Shown in pieces: positions 11,124 to 21,306 of a stretch of 32,000 bases of DNA. Below the pieces are notes generated by a model. The model was not told the origin of the DNA, did not search any database, and saw nothing but the letters and a program-made list of their open reading frames with translations. The stretch comes from Bacillus subtilis subsp. subtilis str. 168 (lineage in GTDB: Bacteria; Bacillota; Bacilli; Bacillales; Bacillaceae), in NCBI RefSeq assembly GCF_000009045.1, contig NC_000964.3:2820001-2852000 (forward strand), given 5' to 3'. How positions within the stretch are numbered: the stretch's first letter is position 1; each line of letters opens with the position of its first letter. Made by a program: the position numbers and the translations under genes.

Positions 11124-11780
11124 TCACGTGCGGTGCCCATCTTTTTCATCAATATATATTTCTCCGTCTGTAAACGAGCAAAATGAAATATCTGAAGGGT
11201 TTGTGTATCCGTGTTTTTGCAAACTTTCAAGCAGCCATTTTCTATCTTTACTGATTCTGGACAGGTTTTCTGTTTGAATGAAGCCGTCTATAATGAGCGG
11301 CATTTCGAGCTGCCGATGCTCTCCGCTGTTTTCTTTCTTAACAATAGTCAGTTTGCCCGACGGCTCTAAAATAGCAAATGATACGTCAGCTACTCTGTCG
11401 ATGCTATTTTCTCTGAGCTGAACCATTAAATCATCAAAATTATAACGCTGTGATTTCATGGCTTCTTCGTCAATTTTTCCATATTTGATAATTATGGTCG
11501 GCTTACCGTCAAGAAGCTGGCGGACTTTTCGGTTTTTTAAAGAAAAGTATGCCAAAGTCACTTGAATGATCATTAATACAAGCATTGGCAAAATGGTATG
11601 AAATAGATGATCGTCTACGTTTTCTATGGCTAAAACGGCAATTTCAGCCATCATGATAAAGACAACGAGATCTAAAATACTAAGCTCTCCGATCTCCCGT
11701 TTGCCCATGAAACGAAAAATGACCAATATCACAAAATACAATACGACTGTGCGAAACGCAATAGTGAGAAGCTCTTCCAT
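11124..11780 (-). CDS. yrbG: DUF421/YetF-family membrane protein YrbG
   Basis: [53 protein letters not shown] is typical of the YetF family. SD gaggtgc upstream of 11780. Confidence 0.87.
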
Positions 11781-11977
11781 TATGCACCTCCAACTCATTA
11801 TAGGTTGCAACAAAATGATCAATTTATGTAAGAAAAACCGATTGCATTTCACAAAGCTTTTACGTCTAATTCATGGGATAAGGGAATACATTTTTACAAA
11901 GACGAGCCATCAGCATGTCTGACGGTTTTGAACAAAAAGAACAGAAGCCTTTTAATACAGGCAGAGAGGAGACAATC

Positions 11978-12367
11978 ATGGAGGAAACGAAACAAGTTGG
12001 AAAAGGCATTCTTTACGGCTTAATCGCCATATTTTCAGCCATGCTCCTGACAAGTTTAGCGGTTTCACTTTTATTGACCGCAACCTCGCTGGAAGAATCA
12101 TCATTTAACTGGCTGATCACCGCTATCTCATTTCTCTCTTTATTTATCGGCGGGTTCATTTCAGGCGGGAAAGGCAAGGAAAGAGGCTGGATGATTGGCG
12201 CATTGACCGCCTTAAGTTTTTCTCTGATTATCTTATTGTTTCAGTATTTAGGATTCGGAAAGACATTTACAGCAGAACAGCTGATCTTCCATCTGGGATT
12301 TTTAGGGGTGTGCATGCTGGGCGGGATTTTCGGCGTGAACATGAGGGGAAACAGGTCTTCCACATAA
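11978..12367 (+). CDS. yrzE: TIGR04086-type membrane protein YrzE
   Basis: 129 aa multi-TM ORF from MEETKQVGKGILYGLIAIFSAMLLTSLAVSLLL; SD agagaggag upstream. Confidence 0.8.
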   Translation: MEETKQVGKGILYGLIAIFSAMLLTSLAVSLLLTATSLEESSFNWLITAISFLSLFIGGFISGGKGKERGWMIGALTALSFSLIILLFQYLGFGKTFTAEQLIFHLGFLGVCMLGGIFGVNMRGNRSST

Positions 12368-12399
12368 AAAAGAGCGGGCTCACTTGCCCGCTCTTTTTT
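12366..12399. terminator. Bidirectional terminator between yrzE and yajC
   Basis: AAGAGCGGGC (12370-12379) / GCCCGCTCTT (12386-12395), flanked by A and T tracts. Confidence 0.9.
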
Positions 12400-12423
12400 G
12401 TTTGCTATGTATAGCTCCTGCTG

Positions 12424-12690
12424 TTATTCAGCAGCAGAAACTTCTCTGATCGCGCGGCGGTCGAACGTAAGACGTGTGTTATCACCAGTCTTAATTACGA
12501 CTTTGCTTTCGTCGATAGAGTCAACAGTACCGTGCAATCCCCCGATTGTCACTACTGAATCGCCTTTTTTCAGTTCCTCTTGCATTTGGCGTACAGCCTT
12601 TTGCTGCTTTTGCTGAGGACGAATCAGCAAGAAGTAAAGGACCGCAAACATTAAAATAATAGGAACCAATGTACCTAAAGTGCCAGTCAT
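12424..12690 (-). CDS. yajC: Sec translocase accessory subunit YajC (YrbF)
   Basis: MTGTLGTLVPIILMFAVLYFLLIRPQQKQQKAVRQMQEELKKGDSVVTIGGLHG; the canonical RPQQK motif. Confidence 0.94.
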   Translation of the reverse strand: MTGTLGTLVPIILMFAVLYFLLIRPQQKQQKAVRQMQEELKKGDSVVTIGGLHGTVDSIDESKVVIKTGDNTRLTFDRRAIREVSAAE

Positions 12691-12726
12691 CATTTTCACC
12701 CCTTTCTGTAAGCCTGTTATGTTTAT

Positions 12727-13893
<1,167 letters not shown>

Positions 13894-13898
13894 TCAAA

Positions 13899-14927
13899 TT
13901 ATATAATCAGCATCGCGTCTCCGAAGCTGAAGAAACGGTATTCCTCTTCCACTGCATGGTTATAGGCACGCAGAATGTTTTCTCTTCCAGCAAGCGCGCT
14001 GACCAGCATAATCAATGACGATTTCGGCAAATGGAAGTTTGTAATCATTCCGTCAATGGCTTTAAATTCATAGCCCGGATAAATAAAAATAGATGTCCAG
14101 CCGCTTGATGCTTTAAATTGCCCGTCATGTTCTCCGGCAATCGTCTCAAGCGTGCGTGTCGAGGTCGTGCCGACAGAAATGATCCGACCGCCATTTTCTC
14201 TTACTTTGTTTAAGGCTGCAGCCGTTTCTTCTGACATTTGATAAAACTCTGCATGCATATTATGCTCTTCCACTTCATCGGCACTCACAGGGCGAAACGT
14301 TCCAAGGCCTACGTGCAGTGTGATGAACTCAATTTGCACGCCTTTGTCTTTCAGCTGCTGTAAGATTTCTTCCGTGAAGTGAAGGCCAGCTGTAGGCGCA
14401 GCAGCAGAGCCAATTTCTTTTGAATACACTGTCTGGTAGCGCTCTTTGTCATCAAGCTGTTCTTTGATATATGGAGGGAGCGGCATCTCTCCAAGGGATT
14501 CAAGCACCTCGTAGAAAATACCGTCATATTGAAATTCCATCTTTCTGCCGCCGTGCTCAAGCTCTTCCGTGCAGATTGCCTTCAATCTTCCGTCTCCAAA
14601 TGTGACAACAGTTCCTTTTTTCACCCGTTTCGCCGGTTTGGCAAGTGTTTCCCATTTATCACCGGTTTCCTGTTTCAACAAAAGAAGTTCCACTTTCGCG
14701 CCGGTATCCTCTTTTGTGCCGAATAACCGCGCAGGCAGTACCCGGGTATTGTTCAGGACTAGACAATCGCCTTCGTTAAAGAAGCTGATAATGTGTTTAA
14801 ACGAGCTGTCAGTAAGCTCTCCTGTATGTTTATCGAGCACCATCAGCCTTGAAGCATCACGCTGCTCCAACGGTACTTGTGCAATTAAACGTTCTGGTAG
14901 TTCAAAATCAAATAAATCGACTTTCAT
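13899..14927 (-). CDS. queA: S-adenosylmethionine:tRNA ribosyltransferase-isomerase
   Basis: 342 aa; [32 protein letters not shown]..., [10 protein letters not shown]. Confidence 0.98.
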   Translation of the reverse strand: MKVDLFDFELPERLIAQVPLEQRDASRLMVLDKHTGELTDSSFKHIISFFNEGDCLVLNNTRVLPARLFGTKEDTGAKVELLLLKQETGDKWETLAKPAKRVKKGTVVTFGDGRLKAICTEELEHGGRKMEFQYDGIFYEVLESLGEMPLPPYIKEQLDDKERYQTVYSKEIGSAAAPTAGLHFTEEILQQLKDKGVQIEFITLHVGLGTFRPVSADEVEEHNMHAEFYQMSEETAAALNKVRENGGRIISVGTTSTRTLETIAGEHDGQFKASSGWTSIFIYPGYEFKAIDGMITNFHLPKSSLIMLVSALAGRENILRAYNHAVEEEYRFFSFGDAMLII

Positions 14928-14956
14928 GATGATTTCACCTTTATTCTAGTCTTTTG

Positions 14957-15157
14957 TTATTTCATTCTGCCAAAAAGATTAAGCAAAATTGATAATACCA
15001 CACTTATAATAATACAAGTGACAACCGGGAAGAAAAACGTAACATTTCCTTTTTTTACAAAAATATCTCCCGGCATCTTGCCGACAAAATGCAAAACTGC
15101 TCCGATAATAAGCAAAACAGCACCAAGAATCATAATGATCTTAGGAAATTCAGTCAT
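14957..15157 (-). CDS. yrzS: DUF2905 small membrane protein YrzS
   Basis: 66 aa [62 protein letters not shown]. Confidence 0.85.
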   Translation of the reverse strand: MTEFPKIIMILGAVLLIIGAVLHFVGKMPGDIFVKKGNVTFFFPVVTCIIISVVLSILLNLFGRMK

Positions 15158-16154
15158 ATCGGGGAGCCTCCATTTGGAAATGATGATAAACGGCCGGTGT
15201 CACGATCCTTCCACGCGGCGTTCTTTGTATAAATCCAATTTGCAGCAGATATGGTTCATATACGTCTTCAATCGTATGCGATTCCTCGCCGATGGTAGCT
15301 GAAATCGTATCAAGGCCTACTGGGCCGCCGTTGAATTTTTCGATCATGCCCATCAGCAGCTTATGATCAATATGATCCAAACCGAGGCGGTCAACCTGAA
15401 GCCGCTCCAGCGCATTCTGAGAAATGTCTTCCGTAATCCTGCTGTCACCCAGCACTTGGGCGAAATCGCGCACCCTTCTCAGCAGGCGGTTCGCCACGCG
15501 GGGCGTCCCTCTCGATCTTCTTGCAATTTCAAGAGCCGACGGTTTATCAATCTCAACCTCGAATACATCAGCGGTTCTTGTGACAATATCCGCCAGTTCT
15601 TCTTGTGTATAGTACTCAAGGCGAGACATTACGCCGAATCTGTCTCTTAAAGGAGCCGTCAAAAGCCCCACCCTCGTCGTGGCTCCCACCAGCGTAAAAG
15701 GCGGAAGGTCGAGGCGAACCGAGCGGGCAGATGGGCCTTTGCCAATCACAATGTCCAGGCAAAAGTCTTCCATTGCAGGATAAAGCACCTCTTCGATCGA
15801 TCTGTGCAGCCTATGTATTTCATCAATAAATAATACATCTCCCGGTTCCAGCGCCGTTAATATAGCAGCCAAATCACCAGGCCTTTCAATCGCAGGCCCT
15901 GATGTCGTCCGCAATTCCACTCCCATTTCATTAGCAACAATCGAAGCAAGCGTTGTTTTTCCGAGTCCGGGCGGCCCGTACAGAAGAACATGATCCAGCG
16001 TCTCCTGTCTCATTTTCGCCGCATCTATAAACACGCGCAAATTTTCTTTTACCTTATGCTGCCCGATATACTGTGCCAGATTTTGCGGCCTCAGGCTTTG
16101 CTCTATCACTGATTCATGGTTGTCTGCTTCACTTGAGACGAGCCGTTCATCCAT
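15150..16154 (-). CDS. ruvB: Holliday junction branch migration DNA helicase RuvB
   Basis: [32 protein letters not shown]..., Walker [12 protein letters not shown], Walker B DEIH. Overlaps the yrzS start by 8 nt. Confidence 0.98.
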   Translation of the reverse strand: MDERLVSSEADNHESVIEQSLRPQNLAQYIGQHKVKENLRVFIDAAKMRQETLDHVLLYGPPGLGKTTLASIVANEMGVELRTTSGPAIERPGDLAAILTALEPGDVLFIDEIHRLHRSIEEVLYPAMEDFCLDIVIGKGPSARSVRLDLPPFTLVGATTRVGLLTAPLRDRFGVMSRLEYYTQEELADIVTRTADVFEVEIDKPSALEIARRSRGTPRVANRLLRRVRDFAQVLGDSRITEDISQNALERLQVDRLGLDHIDHKLLMGMIEKFNGGPVGLDTISATIGEESHTIEDVYEPYLLQIGFIQRTPRGRIVTPAVYHHFQMEAPRYD

Positions 16155-16164
16155 GAACATCACC

Positions 16165-16770
16165 TTACTTTAATAGTTTTTGTAATGCTTTTTTCACATA
16201 TTGGTCTGTTGTCAGCCCAATTTCTTCTTTAAGGTGAGGAAGCACCTTTTTGATTTCTTTTTCAGCATATCCGAGAACCCTGAGGGCTTCAAGTGCTTCT
16301 TCAAGAGCCGTTTCCGCTGTTTGCTTTTCAAGCCTTTCTTCATGATTAAACAGATTTTCAATCATTTCAGGCACAACATCTGCCAGCTTTCCTTTTAAAT
16401 CTAGAATAATCTGGCGTGCGGTTTTCTTTCCTACTCCAGGAAACTTGACCAAAAAAGCTTCATCTTCATTTTCAATTGCTTGGATGACCGCTCCGGGATC
16501 ACCCGAGCCCAAGATGGCAAGTGCTCCTTTCGGGCCAATTCCGGTCACGTTTAACAGCTTTGTAAAGAGCGCCTTCTCCTCTCTTGTTGAAAAACCATAA
16601 AGCGAAAAAGCATCCTCTCTGATATGATGGTATGTAAAAATCGTTTCTTGGCTTCTCTCCTTATATATAAACGGATTCGGCGTGAAAATCTGATAGCCGA
16701 TGCCGCCGTTCTCTATGACAATATATTGGGGAGATACATAATCAATCGTCCCTTTAACAAATTCAATCAC
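16165..16770 (-). CDS. ruvA: Holliday junction DNA helicase subunit RuvA
   Basis: 201 aa; [34 protein letters not shown]..., [14 protein letters not shown] start with AAAGAGGTG SD. Confidence 0.97.
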
Positions 16771-16797
16771 GCAAATTCACCTCTTTGACTGTTCTTC

Positions 16798-16848
16798 ATT
16801 GTACCATAAAAACAGCCAAAGTCTTATAGAAAAGTTAACATATGTTCG
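16798..16848 (-). promoter_or_regulatory. Candidate ruvAB promoter with LexA-like box
   Basis: Minus strand reads CGAACATATGTTAA (16848..16835), followed by an extended -10 TATGGTACAAT (TACAAT at 16803..16798) before ruvA. Confidence 0.6.
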
Positions 16849-16868
16849 CTTCTCTCTCATTCTTTCAC

Positions 16869-16895
16869 GAAAAAAAAGACATGAATACATGTCTT
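16869..16895 (-). terminator. Rho-independent terminator of bofC
   Basis: Minus strand: AAGACATG-tatt-CATGTCTTTTTTTT. Confidence 0.8.
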
Positions 16896-16908
16896 CAATC
16901 AGCGGACG

Positions 16909-17421
16909 CTACCCGCTGTATGTCTTCATATGTTCGATGACATCCTCAAACTCCGCTTTTGTCCGAAATGGAATGCCTTTCAGCAGATTTTTTTGCATAT
17001 GGCTTTCCAGCCTTTCTAAATCAATTTGAAAAAAAGACTGAATTGGTTCGGAAGCTGGCTCAGGCCGCCCATGAAAAGTGGAAATCACTCCATTATCCGA
17101 TACACCGATATACCCGTTGACCTTGCTGAGCGGAGAAATATCGTCCATTTGCTTCCGGAAGAGCACATATCCCTTTTTTTGTTCCACTAGCGTCCATCCG
17201 GCATAAGCTGCCCAAAAATCATCCATAGAAAACACTTTTTCATGCTTATGCTCAATGCTGACATCGCCGTCCAAATACACCTTTTCAAGCTGCACATGCA
17301 CCTGCAGCGGCTCATAGTGCTCCACTTCCGCGCCAAGTGCGCGGGAAGGAGCTCCTATTAAAAATACTGCCGCTGAGCAAAGAATGCCCAGCAAAAGATA
17401 CGCCGTGCTGAATCGTTTCAC
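16909..17421 (-). CDS. bofC: BofC, forespore regulator of the sigma-K checkpoint
   Basis: 170 aa secreted-type ORF (MKRFSTAYLLLGILCSAAVFLIGAPSRALGAEVEHYEPLQVHVQLEKVYLDGDVSIEH), located between ruvA and csbX as in B. subtilis. Confidence 0.9.
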   Translation of the reverse strand: MKRFSTAYLLLGILCSAAVFLIGAPSRALGAEVEHYEPLQVHVQLEKVYLDGDVSIEHKHEKVFSMDDFWAAYAGWTLVEQKKGYVLFRKQMDDISPLSKVNGYIGVSDNGVISTFHGRPEPASEPIQSFFQIDLERLESHMQKNLLKGIPFRTKAEFEDVIEHMKTYSG

Positions 17422-17468
17422 CCTCTACACCTCTTTGCACACGTTTATGATTAGTTTGACCAAAGAGG

Positions 17469-18776
17469 CTACTGCTTAACCGTTTTATCAAAATTTGTCT
17501 GCACATTTTCCCTGACAAACCGTTCCTCCGTATACACATCTGTGCTTTGCTCAGAAATTGTCAAGAATCGCGTCAGAAAGGCACTGAAAAAATACAATGC
17601 CGCAAAGATCCAAATCACGCCACCTGCACCGAGCGGCCCAATGAAAAGACTCACGATGCCCGGCGCGATAAACGCACATAAACCAGATCCCAAATTCAAC
17701 ACTGACATGGCAGCACCTTTATTATCAGGTGCAAGCGTCGGCAAAAGCGCGCTTAATGGGACGTACCCTGCTAAAGCCGCGCCGTAGCAGCAGGCGATAA
17801 TCATGAGCACCCAATACTGATGCCCGATCAGCTGAGGCGTGTAATACAGCGCCAGCGTAAAAATACCGCATCCGACACCGCCAAACCACATGACCGTATT
17901 GCGCCAGCCTAGTTTATCTCCGACTGCACCGAAAATGATATTAAACACAATATTCACAAAAAACAGCGTCCCCCATATTTGCAGCCATTCCGAAACCGAA
18001 TACCCGTATCGTGCTAAATAAGTAGGAAGAAAGATGGCAAATCCAAATTGTCCTATCGCATTAATCGTCTTGACCACTCCGCCGATGCCTACCTTAGGGT
18101 TTTCAAACATAATCGTAAATGCCTTCGACAGTTCTTTCCATTTCGGCTGATCTTGTTTTTGTATCGGAGTAAATTTATCTTTGTTAAAAAATAAGGCAAG
18201 AATTCCGCCTGCCGCCACAAACAGTAAAGCGCTCCAAAGCGTATTGATTTCTCCAAAGGCCGGAACTGCATAGCTGGAATAGAACGGACCGAGCACGTTA
18301 AGGCCGCACGTAAACATAAACCAAAACCAGCCGACGGCTTTTCCAAGAATATTTTGAGAGGTGCTGTATGACACCCATACGAGAAAAGAGTATGCAAACA
18401 GCGGATATCCCAAGCCTCTAAGAGCATAGCTGCCCAAGAGAGCCGGATAATACATATGAGGAATCGCCCAGCCGATAAAAGCGGCCGAACCGAGGATAAA
18501 TGCAAGCAATCCGACAGTCATCGTTTTTCTCGGCCCCCAAGTTTGGACAAACGTTCCTGAAAGCCAAGCTGAGATGGTGACAGCAATGCCGTACATGGTA
18601 AATAACGATGCGGATTGCTGCATACTGAGACCATGATCAACGAGAAAAGGAGACAGCCAGCCTTGTTCGAGGCCGTCTCCAACCATAAAGATGACAACGC
18701 CAATATAACCCCAAACCATGTGAGAAGGAATTCCGATTTTGTTCAAAACATTTCCTTTAGCATGTACTGTATTCAT
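17469..18776 (-). CDS. csbX: MFS transporter CsbX
   Basis: 12-TM MFS ORF (MNTVHAKGNVLNKIGIPSHMVWGYIGVVIFMVGDGLEQGWLSPFLVDHGLS...). ATG at 18776 after ggcggtggag. Confidence 0.9.
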   Translation of the reverse strand: MNTVHAKGNVLNKIGIPSHMVWGYIGVVIFMVGDGLEQGWLSPFLVDHGLSMQQSASLFTMYGIAVTISAWLSGTFVQTWGPRKTMTVGLLAFILGSAAFIGWAIPHMYYPALLGSYALRGLGYPLFAYSFLVWVSYSTSQNILGKAVGWFWFMFTCGLNVLGPFYSSYAVPAFGEINTLWSALLFVAAGGILALFFNKDKFTPIQKQDQPKWKELSKAFTIMFENPKVGIGGVVKTINAIGQFGFAIFLPTYLARYGYSVSEWLQIWGTLFFVNIVFNIIFGAVGDKLGWRNTVMWFGGVGCGIFTLALYYTPQLIGHQYWVLMIIACCYGAALAGYVPLSALLPTLAPDNKGAAMSVLNLGSGLCAFIAPGIVSLFIGPLGAGGVIWIFAALYFFSAFLTRFLTISEQSTDVYTEERFVRENVQTNFDKTVKQ

Positions 18777-18812
18777 TTTCTCCACCGCCTACTTAAAGTA
18801 TCAATGGAGTAT

Positions 18813-18838
18813 ATACCCAAGCTTGCTGAATTGTAATC
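18813..18838 (-). promoter_or_regulatory. Candidate sigma-B promoter for csbX
   Basis: Minus strand GATTAC-N14-GGGTAT, compared with consensus GTTTAA-N12..14-GGGWAW. Positioned between the yrbE stop and the csbX start. Confidence 0.5.
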
Positions 18839-18846
18839 CTGTTAGA

Positions 18847-19872
18847 TTAAAAAGCGATTTTTTCAGTGTGCTCAATGCTAACAGGCATGCCAAAAGCAAG
18901 CGATTGCTGTGCTGCTCTGGCGATCCTCCCGGCCTGTAAACCGTCATTGCCGGTGCAGGGAGTCTCCTGGTTTGTGCCGATCGCTTCTGCAAAACGGAGA
19001 ATCTCCTCCTCATATGAATCCTTATAGCGTTCAAGGAAAAAGAAATGCGGTTTATCCTTCATCACAAAATCAGCTGTTGACACCTCAACCGTTGTCGGCC
19101 TGCTATTGTCAGCCGCTGCAGAGCCTTTCGTCCCGAAAACCTCAACCCGCTGGTCATATCCGTACACAGCTTGGCGGCTGTTATCAATCACAGCCATGGC
19201 ACCGTTTTCAAAAGTCAGTGTAATAACAGCTGTATCAATATCACCCAGCTCCGCAAAAGAAGGATTCACCAAAGCCGCCCCTTTGGCATACACTTCCGTC
19301 ACTTCGCTTCCCATAATATATCTGGCCATATCAAAATCATGGATCGACATATCCATAAACAATCCGCCTGACGTACGGACATAATCTATATTCGGGGGTT
19401 CTGGGTCCCGGGACGTGATTTTTAATAAATGAGGTGTACCGATTTCACCATTTTCAACAATCGTTTTGATTTTCTTAAAATGAGGATCAAAGCGGCGGTT
19501 AAATCCGACTTGAAGTGTTACCCCGTGTTTCCGGACAGCCGCAAGCGCTTCACTCGTTTCGTCCAGAGAGAAACTAACGGGCTTCTCACAAAATATATGC
19601 TTTTTCGCCTCGGCTGCTTCTTTGATCATCTGTGCATGTACGGCTGTAGGAGAGCAAATAAAAATAGCATCAATATCAGGATCATGTAATAAATCACGAT
19701 AATCAGAGGTTATGTATTCAATCTGATGACTGTCGGCCCAGCTTTTTATACGGCTCGCCTGAATGTCAGAGATTGCTTTTATTTTCATGTGAGGAATCCG
19801 GCTTATATTTTGAACATGAAGTTTGCCGATGCGGCCTGCACCGATAATCCCTGTCACAATCTGTTTTGTCAT
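18847..19872 (-). CDS. iolU: Gfo/Idh/MocA-family (scyllo-/myo-inositol-type) dehydrogenase YrbE/IolU
   Basis: MTKQIVTGIIGAGRIGKLHVQNISRIPHMKIKAISD..., CEKPVSFSLDET, GGLFMDMSIHDFDMARY. Confidence 0.9.
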   Translation of the reverse strand: MTKQIVTGIIGAGRIGKLHVQNISRIPHMKIKAISDIQASRIKSWADSHQIEYITSDYRDLLHDPDIDAIFICSPTAVHAQMIKEAAEAKKHIFCEKPVSFSLDETSEALAAVRKHGVTLQVGFNRRFDPHFKKIKTIVENGEIGTPHLLKITSRDPEPPNIDYVRTSGGLFMDMSIHDFDMARYIMGSEVTEVYAKGAALVNPSFAELGDIDTAVITLTFENGAMAVIDNSRQAVYGYDQRVEVFGTKGSAAADNSRPTTVEVSTADFVMKDKPHFFFLERYKDSYEEEILRFAEAIGTNQETPCTGNDGLQAGRIARAAQQSLAFGMPVSIEHTEKIAF

Positions 19873-19896
19873 GGCTTCTTCCCCCTTGATCATTCA

Positions 19897-19946
19897 CGAA
19901 AGCGCTTTATTTAAAATTAATACTATCCCATTTGTAAGCGCTTTTC
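19897..19946 (-). promoter_or_regulatory. Two cre-like palindromes upstream of yrbE
   Basis: cGAAAGCGCTTTat (19897-19910) and TGTAAGCGCTTTtC (19933-19946); centres 36 bp apart. Confidence 0.4.
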
Positions 19947-20109
19947 AAGAATGGAAATTAAACGTTCTATGTCTCTTTTATCACAATTCATGCTTATAAG
20001 TAGCCTTCTTCTTCAAGACCAGATACACTAGAATTAGGCTCTTTTTCCTGAACAGTTTATGATTTTCCTATAAACAGCTGCATAAAATAGAGCAAAGAAG
20101 GTGAATGAA

Positions 20110-20757
20110 ATGCTGACAAAAGCAGAGGCACTGGCCCATACCGTCATATACCGCAAGAACAGCAGATTTGATAAAGTCAAAGAGAAATCCGAGGAATTAA
20201 CACTAATCGGCAAGGGAAGAAGCGCCTATGTGTTTGCCTTAACAGAAGGCGGTCGAAAAATGGCGCTGAAAGTATTTTTTCCGGAATATCAAGCGACAGC
20301 AGTCAAAGAAGCAGCGATCTATGAAAAATTAGCCGGGTCCGCATTCTATCCTGACATTTACGAAACTGGCGATTCATTTATTCTCATGGAATATATTAAA
20401 GGTGAAACCTTTTATAACTGTCTGAAGAAAGGCATTGCAATCAGTGATGACATGATTCAGCAGGTTGAAGAAGCGCTTTCTGACGCCCGGGCAGCCGGAC
20501 TGAACCCGTCAGATATTCATTTGCGGAATCTGATATTGACAGAAACCGGGGCGGTGCGGGTGATTGATGTTGCGAGATTTGAGCAGACAAAAACATGCAC
20601 GCAGTGGGACGACTTAAAATCCGCATATCATGCACTCTACAAAAAACCGATATTCCCCAAAAAGATTCCGGGTTTTTGGCTGGAGATCATCGCATTTTTA
20701 TATAAGAAAGATTGGTTTCAAAAGCATTTCGCACAGCGGAAAAGAAAATATTCTTAA
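20110..20757 (+). CDS. yrzF: Putative serine/threonine protein kinase-like protein YrzF
   Basis: 215 aa from the ATG at 20110. Kinase-like elements: GKGRSAYVFALTEGGRKMALKVFFPEY, FILMEYIKGETF, SDIHLRNLILTETGAVRVIDVARF. Confidence 0.75.
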   Translation: MLTKAEALAHTVIYRKNSRFDKVKEKSEELTLIGKGRSAYVFALTEGGRKMALKVFFPEYQATAVKEAAIYEKLAGSAFYPDIYETGDSFILMEYIKGETFYNCLKKGIAISDDMIQQVEEALSDARAAGLNPSDIHLRNLILTETGAVRVIDVARFEQTKTCTQWDDLKSAYHALYKKPIFPKKIPGFWLEIIAFLYKKDWFQKHFAQRKRKYS

Positions 20758-20795
20758 ATCAAAAAGGCAGCCGCACAAGCGGCTGCCTTTATCAT
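20757..20795. terminator. Bidirectional terminator between yrzF and the small minus-strand ORF
   Basis: aaaaaGGCAGCCGC-acaa-GCGGCTGCCttt. Confidence 0.8.
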
Positions 20796-20802
20796 GTATT
20801 TT

Positions 20803-20925
20803 TTACTTTCTGACGGCAGAAATCAGTTTCATTTGTTCAGGCGACAGCTTAATTCGATAGCCTCTCACAGTTAAGTAGACCGCTTCTGGGTCCTTCTCGC
20901 CGGAATGACAATACGTTTTTTCCAT
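20803..20925 (-). CDS. Small 40-aa protein MEKTYCHSGEKDPEAVYLTVRGYRIKLSPEQMKLISAVRK
   Basis: ATG preceded by a strong SD (gaggggagacagaaATG) and followed directly by a terminator. Below the 60-aa cutoff of the supplied ORF track. Confidence 0.6.
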   Translation of the reverse strand: MEKTYCHSGEKDPEAVYLTVRGYRIKLSPEQMKLISAVRK

Positions 20926-21057
20926 TTCTGTCTCCCCTCACCCTTTATTGGCTTTATTTCATCTTATCATTGCTTTATTGAGGTAATTTTAAAGAAATGT
21001 AAAGATTATATGAATCCGATATATAGTAAAATGAGAGAAAAAAAGGGAGAGAGTCAC

Positions 21058-21300
21058 ATTAAGACCGAAAACACCTTGAGCTTAGATGCAGCCAGAGGTG
21101 AACTTGTAAATGAAAAAACACTTGTCAAGAGAACAATCTACTGGAATTACCCGGACAGCCGCCCAGCAGTGACGTGGATCAATCACAATACAGTGAAAAT
21201 CGGCAATCAGACTTTACATCTTGATACTGATGAAACGTATGATTGGCGAAAAGATGATCATTGGATCCGTGAAGAACCGCCGCAGGCGTCAGTGAGGTGA
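21058..21300 (+). CDS. Small conserved-looking ORF (...KTENTLSLDAARGELVNEKTLVKRTIYWNYPDSRPAVTWINHNTVKIGNQTLHLDTDETYDWRKDDHWIREEPPQASVR), resembling the C-terminal half of DUF5412-type proteins
   Basis: Best SD (AAAGGGAG) faces ATT at 21058. In-frame ATGs at 21010 and 21031 lack good SDs. Confidence 0.5.
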   Translation: MKTENTLSLDAARGELVNEKTLVKRTIYWNYPDSRPAVTWINHNTVKIGNQTLHLDTDETYDWRKDDHWIREEPPQASVR

Positions 21301-21306
21301 TGAAAC

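Noticed and set aside
11875-11880. GGGATA upstream of yrzE as a sigma-B -10
   Set aside because: The matching -35 region (GCTTTT) fits GTTTAA poorly. Too weak to report as a promoter.
18089-18505. 138-aa alternative-frame ORF inside csbX
   Set aside because: The main frame is a clear 12-TM MFS transporter. The +1-type overlapping frame has no SD or recognisable family.
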